Source of the DNA: Bacteroidales bacterium
GTDB lineage: Bacteria; Bacteroidota; Bacteroidia; Bacteroidales; UBA1715
DNA: 64,000 bases
Assembly: GCA_024409235.1 (NCBI GenBank)
Contig: JAKSUA010000012.1
Location: forward strand, 918-64,917
Reading direction: 5' to 3'
Shown here: positions 59,313 to 64,000 of the stretch, piece by piece
Position numbering within the stretch: the stretch's first letter is position 1
Layout of the letters: the number at the start of each line of letters is the position of its first letter
Position numbers and translations under genes: made by a program
The notes under the pieces: generated by a model
Told to the model about the DNA's origin: nothing
Databases searched by the model: none
Seen by the model: only the letters and a program-made list of their open reading frames with translations

Positions 59313-59894
59313 TTAGAATTCAACAGTAGGAGCAACTTCGGCGCCCATTTGTGCGCTGAAATATGGCTTTTTCTTGAAACCAAACCAACCAGCGTAAATC
59401 ATAGTAGGGAATTTCGCGATAGCAGTATTGTATTCTTTTGCCACTTCGTTGAAGTTGCGTCGTTCTACAGCAATACGATTTTCCGTACCTTCAAGTTGTG
59501 CTTGTAGTTCCAAGAAGTTCGTGTTTGCTTTAAGGTCTGGATATGATTCACTAACAGCCAATAATCTTCCAATACCTTGGCTTAATTGTTCTTGTGCTTG
59601 TTGATATTTTGCCAATGTTTCTTCATCTAAATCTTCGGCATTTAATTTGATTTGACCAACTTGTGCACGCATTGCTGTAACTTCTTTTAAAGTCTTTTCT
59701 TCGTGGCTGGCGTAGCCTTTTACTGTGTTTACCAAATTAGGAATCAAATCAGCTCGGCGTTGGTATTGATTTTCAACATTAGACCAAGCGCTGTTTACGC
59801 TTTCTTGTTTTTCTACAAGGCTATTGTAGTTACAACTTGATAAACCGAATGCAATGAAAATTGCAATGAAAAGGGAAGAAATATAATTTTTCAT
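59313..59894 (-). CDS. lemA: LemA family protein
   Basis: YQRRADLIPNLV, YPDLKAN, LEGTENRI. Confidence 0.95.
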   Translation of the reverse strand: MKNYISSLFIAIFIAFGLSSCNYNSLVEKQESVNSAWSNVENQYQRRADLIPNLVNTVKGYASHEEKTLKEVTAMRAQVGQIKLNAEDLDEETLAKYQQAQEQLSQGIGRLLAVSESYPDLKANTNFLELQAQLEGTENRIAVERRNFNEVAKEYNTAIAKFPTMIYAGWFGFKKKPYFSAQMGAEVAPTVEF

Positions 59895-59922
59895 AGAAGT
59901 AAATTTTTGTTGTGTAAATGTA

Positions 59923-60588
59923 TTAAAATTGAAAGTAAATACAAGTATTATTTGGTATAACTGTAAATGGTCCCCAAATGTCGTCGCTTTTTAATGTTGT
60001 AATTTTTTTGTCTTCTAAAAAAATAAGAAAATAGTTATTCCCAATTAGAGAAATACAAGGATTTTTTATCTGATGTCCATCTAGTCCTGTTGTTAAGTAA
60101 TGGAATGAAGAAAGTTCTTCTCCTGTTATCGGGTCAATTACTATTTGGATGATATTGTTGTCGCTTGTACATTGCAAATAGCAAGCTCCATCTTTGTCCC
60201 AAAATAGTGAAGGATCGGTACCAATGCGTGAGTTTGTTAGAAAAACAGGTTTGCTCCATTTTTCTGATGGATTTTTTGCGTGTACAATAAATTTTTGTCC
60301 AGTATTTGTATTTGCACCAATAACATATAAAGAACTGTCAAATTCATTGTAGCAAGCAACAAGATGATTTTCGCCTTTACTTAAATCTAACTCGTTTTTA
60401 TCTGTAATGGCGTCGTTTATTATTGTAAAGTGTTTTTTAAGAGTAGAACTTTTATAGACTTGAATTGTTTGCTTCTTTTTAGAATAAGTTGCTTTATAAA
60501 TAGTATTGCTGACAGAGTTAGTCTCTTGTGCATTGCAGAAAAAGCAGCACAAAAGGCTGAAAATTATTGAGCTTAAGATATGTTTCAT
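59923..60588 (-). CDS. Secreted protein with partial, degenerate GH43-like propeller
   Basis: Signal peptide; WSKPV, GTDPSLFWDKDG..YL, SDDIWGPF. Confidence 0.6.
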   Translation of the reverse strand: MKHILSSIIFSLLCCFFCNAQETNSVSNTIYKATYSKKKQTIQVYKSSTLKKHFTIINDAITDKNELDLSKGENHLVACYNEFDSSLYVIGANTNTGQKFIVHAKNPSEKWSKPVFLTNSRIGTDPSLFWDKDGACYLQCTSDNNIIQIVIDPITGEELSSFHYLTTGLDGHQIKNPCISLIGNNYFLIFLEDKKITTLKSDDIWGPFTVIPNNTCIYFQF

Positions 60589-60885
60589 ATTGTTAGTCTT
60601 TAGGGTTTATTTTTTTGTAAAAATAGAAAAATAGAAGAGTGATATTGTATATAATTTAGAAAATATCCGGATCCAATTAAATTTTCACCCCACAATGTGT
60701 CTTTAGAGAAATGAATTTTACCCCAAAATGGAAAATTTACTATCGTAAAGGCATGTTTTGCGTATCAAAAGAATCCTAAAACCCTTTTTTTTTTGAATGG
60801 AGAATGACAGGCTTTAGTTTTGTCGGCAGAATATCAAAACAAAATTTGAATTATTAGTAATTGTGTTTTAAATTATAAAAAAGAA

Positions 60886-62520
60886 ATGAAAACATTTATT
60901 GAATTATTTAACGAATCTGTAAATGCTTGTTGGGACAAATCTGCAATTTCTCAATATGGAAATAAGCCTTTAACATATGGTGAATTTGCAAAAGAAATTT
61001 GTGTTTTACAGAAGATGTGGAAAAAGGCTGGTCTTAAACAAGGTGAAAAAGTTGCTATTAATGCAAAAAGTAGTGTAAACTGGATGACAGCCTTTATGGC
61101 TTCTGTTACAGGAGGTTATGTAAGCGTACAGCTTTTTAATGGGTTTACTCCAGCCGATACACAAAAGTTGGTAGATCATTCCGATAGTAGAATTCTATAC
61201 ACGGAAAAGAAAATTTTTTCGGCAATGGATTTTGAATCTATGCCACAGTTGATAGCTGCAATCGACACTGATACAAATGAACTGTTGGCATCACGAGGAA
61301 ATTTTACAGAATTATATAATGATAGATATGCAGAGTTTAGTTCTGTTTTCAAACCGGAAGATTATAAGGTTTGTGGTGCAGCTATAGAAGATACTTGTGC
61401 CATAATGTACACTTCTGGTTCAACAGGAAATCCTAAGGGCGTAATGTTGAGTGTGAAGAATTTCACTGCAAATGTGTATGGTATTGTTGAAACTATTCCA
61501 ATGAGAAGAGGTGAGAATTTGTTGAGTATTTTGCCGTTTGCTCATATTTTTGGTTTGACGGTAGATGCTATTACTTCTCTTTGTATGGGTATGCACCTAT
61601 GCGTATTGGGTTGTCCTCCAATTCCAAATATCGTGAAAAATGCTTTGATGGAATTGAAGCCACATGTGTTCTTCGCAGTTCCGTTGGTGTTGTCTAAATT
61701 CACTGAATATGTATTAGGTGATTTGTTGAAATCAGAAGAAAATAAAGCGAAGTTAGATGACTATGAAAACAATCCTGAATTTTGCGAACAATTACGAAAA
61801 ATTGTAGTGGAAGCAATGGGTGGCAATGTTGAAGTGTTTGCTACCGGTGGTGCGGCAATTCCTCCAGAAGTTGAGTCGTTGTTGGCATTCAAGTTGAAAA
61901 CTCCATTTATTACTGGTTATGGAATGACAGAATGTGCGCCTTTGATTTCGTTAGGTCCTATCGGTAAATATAAGGCAAAATCTTGTGGACAAGTTCCAGA
62001 TGGATATGCAGAACTTAAAATTGATTCAGTTGATCCACATAAAATTCCTGGCGAGGTTTTGGTAAAAGGAGATTGTGTGTTTGCTGGTTACTATAAAAAT
62101 GAAACTGCTACGAAAGCTGTATTGTCGGAAGATGGTTGGTTGCATACTGGTGATGTTGGTATTGTAGATGAAGAGAATATTTTGTTCTTGTCTGGTCGTT
62201 GCAAGAATATGATTTTGACTAGCAATGGTCAAAATGTATTCCCAGAAGAAATTGAGGTTGTTTTAAATGCTCTACCTCTTGTGGCAGAATCGGTTGTTGT
62301 TCAAAGAGAGACGCAAATTCATGCTATAATAGTGCCAAATGCCGCTGCTATAGAAGAAAAAGGTCTTGATGCCGAAGCGGTACAAGCTATTATGAAAGAA
62401 AATATTGTTACACTAAATAATAGCATTCCAAAATATTCTTCGGTAAGTAGTTTTGAACTTCACATGGAGCCATTCGCAAAAACTCCGAAAGGCAGCATAA
62501 AGAGATTTATGTATATGTAA
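60886..62520 (+). CDS. Long-chain fatty acid-CoA ligase (AMP-binding)
   Basis: YTSGSTGNPKG, GYGMTE, WLHTGD, GRCKN, KTPKGSIKR. Confidence 0.93.
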   Translation: MKTFIELFNESVNACWDKSAISQYGNKPLTYGEFAKEICVLQKMWKKAGLKQGEKVAINAKSSVNWMTAFMASVTGGYVSVQLFNGFTPADTQKLVDHSDSRILYTEKKIFSAMDFESMPQLIAAIDTDTNELLASRGNFTELYNDRYAEFSSVFKPEDYKVCGAAIEDTCAIMYTSGSTGNPKGVMLSVKNFTANVYGIVETIPMRRGENLLSILPFAHIFGLTVDAITSLCMGMHLCVLGCPPIPNIVKNALMELKPHVFFAVPLVLSKFTEYVLGDLLKSEENKAKLDDYENNPEFCEQLRKIVVEAMGGNVEVFATGGAAIPPEVESLLAFKLKTPFITGYGMTECAPLISLGPIGKYKAKSCGQVPDGYAELKIDSVDPHKIPGEVLVKGDCVFAGYYKNETATKAVLSEDGWLHTGDVGIVDEENILFLSGRCKNMILTSNGQNVFPEEIEVVLNALPLVAESVVVQRETQIHAIIVPNAAAIEEKGLDAEAVQAIMKENIVTLNNSIPKYSSVSSFELHMEPFAKTPKGSIKRFMYM

Positions 62521-62571
62521 ACAAGAATATAAATTGATTTTAAGGAGGCTATATTTTTATGGTCTCCTTTT

Positions 62572-63198
62572 TTATATGTTTATCTGGTTAAGAAACCATT
62601 TCTTCAGGGCTTCAAGACGCGCATCAAAGGATTTGTCAAGTCTTGGTAGATACCACGATTCCAAAAATGTAACTTTTTGATATTTAGCGTGAATCCGTAT
62701 TGTAGTAATGATGCTCTCTGCAGAGTCTTTTTTTACACAAAGCCGAATGTTCAGATTTTTAGGCGAGATTACTTCTAATCCCATAAAAGTAATTGAATTT
62801 ACAAGTATAAAATCTGCAATGATATTTTCTTGATCTTGTGTGTATTGAACTTTAAAGATACATTTACCTAAGGAATTATCGTCCAGCAAACAAAACAGTT
62901 CATTATTGGAAAGAGATAATGCGGTTGTGTCTGGGATAATTTTTTGTTTCTCTGGAGAATTAATGAAACCAGCTTCGCGGTAAAGTATATCCCATTTCTC
63001 GTGGGTGTTAGAATAGTATACAATTCCTTTCAGTGTTGATATAGAGTGAAGAACATTTAATATTTCTTTGGTATTCTTTTCACATTGAATTGTAAACGTC
63101 GTTTCTTTTTTGAATTCGGAAGGATTATCATTTGTGGGCAGAGCAATGCTTTGACAGTAGAAAAAAAGAGAAAAAACAAAAAAAAGAAAACGTGTCAT
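62572..63198 (-). CDS. Exported hypothetical protein, DUF6675-like
   Basis: Signal peptide; ISTLKGIVYYS, DNSLG, SFDARL..LKKWF resemble a family recalled from spirochaetes. Confidence 0.55.
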   Translation of the reverse strand: MTRFLFFVFSLFFYCQSIALPTNDNPSEFKKETTFTIQCEKNTKEILNVLHSISTLKGIVYYSNTHEKWDILYREAGFINSPEKQKIIPDTTALSLSNNELFCLLDDNSLGKCIFKVQYTQDQENIIADFILVNSITFMGLEVISPKNLNIRLCVKKDSAESIITTIRIHAKYQKVTFLESWYLPRLDKSFDARLEALKKWFLNQINI

Positions 63199-63215
63199 GG
63201 AGCAGTGCTCTTGTT

Positions 63216-64000
63216 CTAGAGTTGTTTTGAAAAAGAATCTTTAAAATATTCCAAGTGACTGATTATGTGTGGATATGATGAAAATTCTAAATCAAAATCC
63301 TGCTTTATATTTGATACATCAAATAGGAGTGGTGTGTCGCTCCAACCTAAATCTTCTACAATAATCTTTGAGGTGGAATTACAAACTTTTACAGCATCAT
63401 GTGCTATTTGTTCCCATGATAAAAATTCTTTCGCTAGAGCAAAGTATGTTTTTTTTGAGCTGTTCGATTCCAATACTTTTGAGTAAACTTTTGCTATATC
63501 ATCGGCCCAAATGAATTGTGTGCCGTCGTTCTTTATTATGTGAATATCTTCGTTACGTAACGCTTTTTGTACAATCTCTCCAAATCGATTGTCTGGCTGT
63601 GTAAAAGCACCAGGAACAACTGGATTGCCGAATGTATAACCTGGACGGATAATGTTGACTTTCATTCCTGTTTCGCCTTCTATTGCGAAAAGAAAGTCTT
63701 CGGTAGCAGCTTTTGTTGCTCCATAGTATGAACAAGGATCATGTCTGCAGTTTATGGTAACAAGTTTATCTCCAGGTGTAATGCAAACTGGGTTAGAAGA
63801 CGCATAAACAGAATCAACAGACGCAGTGGAGGATGTATAGATAAACTTTTTTATTCCTGCTTTAGCAGCTTCGGTAGCAAGAAAAACTGTAGCAGCTGTG
63901 TCACTCATTAAAACCTCGTATGCGGATGAGCCTTTCATGCTTAAGGCAATGTGAATAATAGCCTCTTGTCCTTGTAAAACCGAAGGTATTTGTTCAAAAT
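63216..64000 (-). CDS. NAD(P)-dependent epimerase/dehydratase (5' end outside window)
   Basis: YTSS, YGATK, IRPG; frame stays open upstream of 63938 to the window edge (FEQIPSVLQGQEAIIHIALS). Confidence 0.88.
   Translation of the reverse strand, partial: FEQIPSVLQGQEAIIHIALSMKGSSAYEVLMSDTAATVFLATEAAKAGIKKFIYTSSTASVDSVYASSNPVCITPGDKLVTINCRHDPCSYYGATKAATEDFLFAIEGETGMKVNIIRPGYTFGNPVVPGAFTQPDNRFGEIVQKALRNEDIHIIKNDGTQFIWADDIAKVYSKVLESNSSKKTYFALAKEFLSWEQIAHDAVKVCNSTSKIIVEDLGWSDTPLLFDVSNIKQDFDLEFSSYPHIISHLEYFKDSFSKQL

Overview
AT-rich Bacteroidota (Bacteroidales-like) chromosomal segment. The assignment rests on repeated TAnnTTTG -7 promoter elements, a porP-porK/L/M/N (gldK-N) type IX secretion operon and Bacteroidota-type purF, murA and mutL. 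About 8-64 kb is mostly housekeeping (purF, mutL, purC, phoH, purM, lptF/G, uvrD, murA, rpsO, pnp, lemA). It is interrupted by a higher-GC AraC/cupin/flavodoxin/hydrolase cassette (21.1-26.0 kb) and a few possibly spirochaete-like genes. The first ~7.8 kb is accessory. A tRNA Thr-Tyr-Gly cluster is followed by a tyrosine integrase with a non-canonical active site, a membrane/coiled-coil orphan, a stand-alone RES-domain protein, and a >1,200-aa secreted protein that runs off the left edge and is absent from the ORF track. The most striking unexplained structure is a ~220-bp non-coding lattice (6158-6380) of about 21 degenerate 11-bp units. It forms two oppositely oriented arms around a TTGAC-N7-GTCAA centre and abuts the integrase stop codon. 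All family assignments come from motif recognition by eye; no searches were run.
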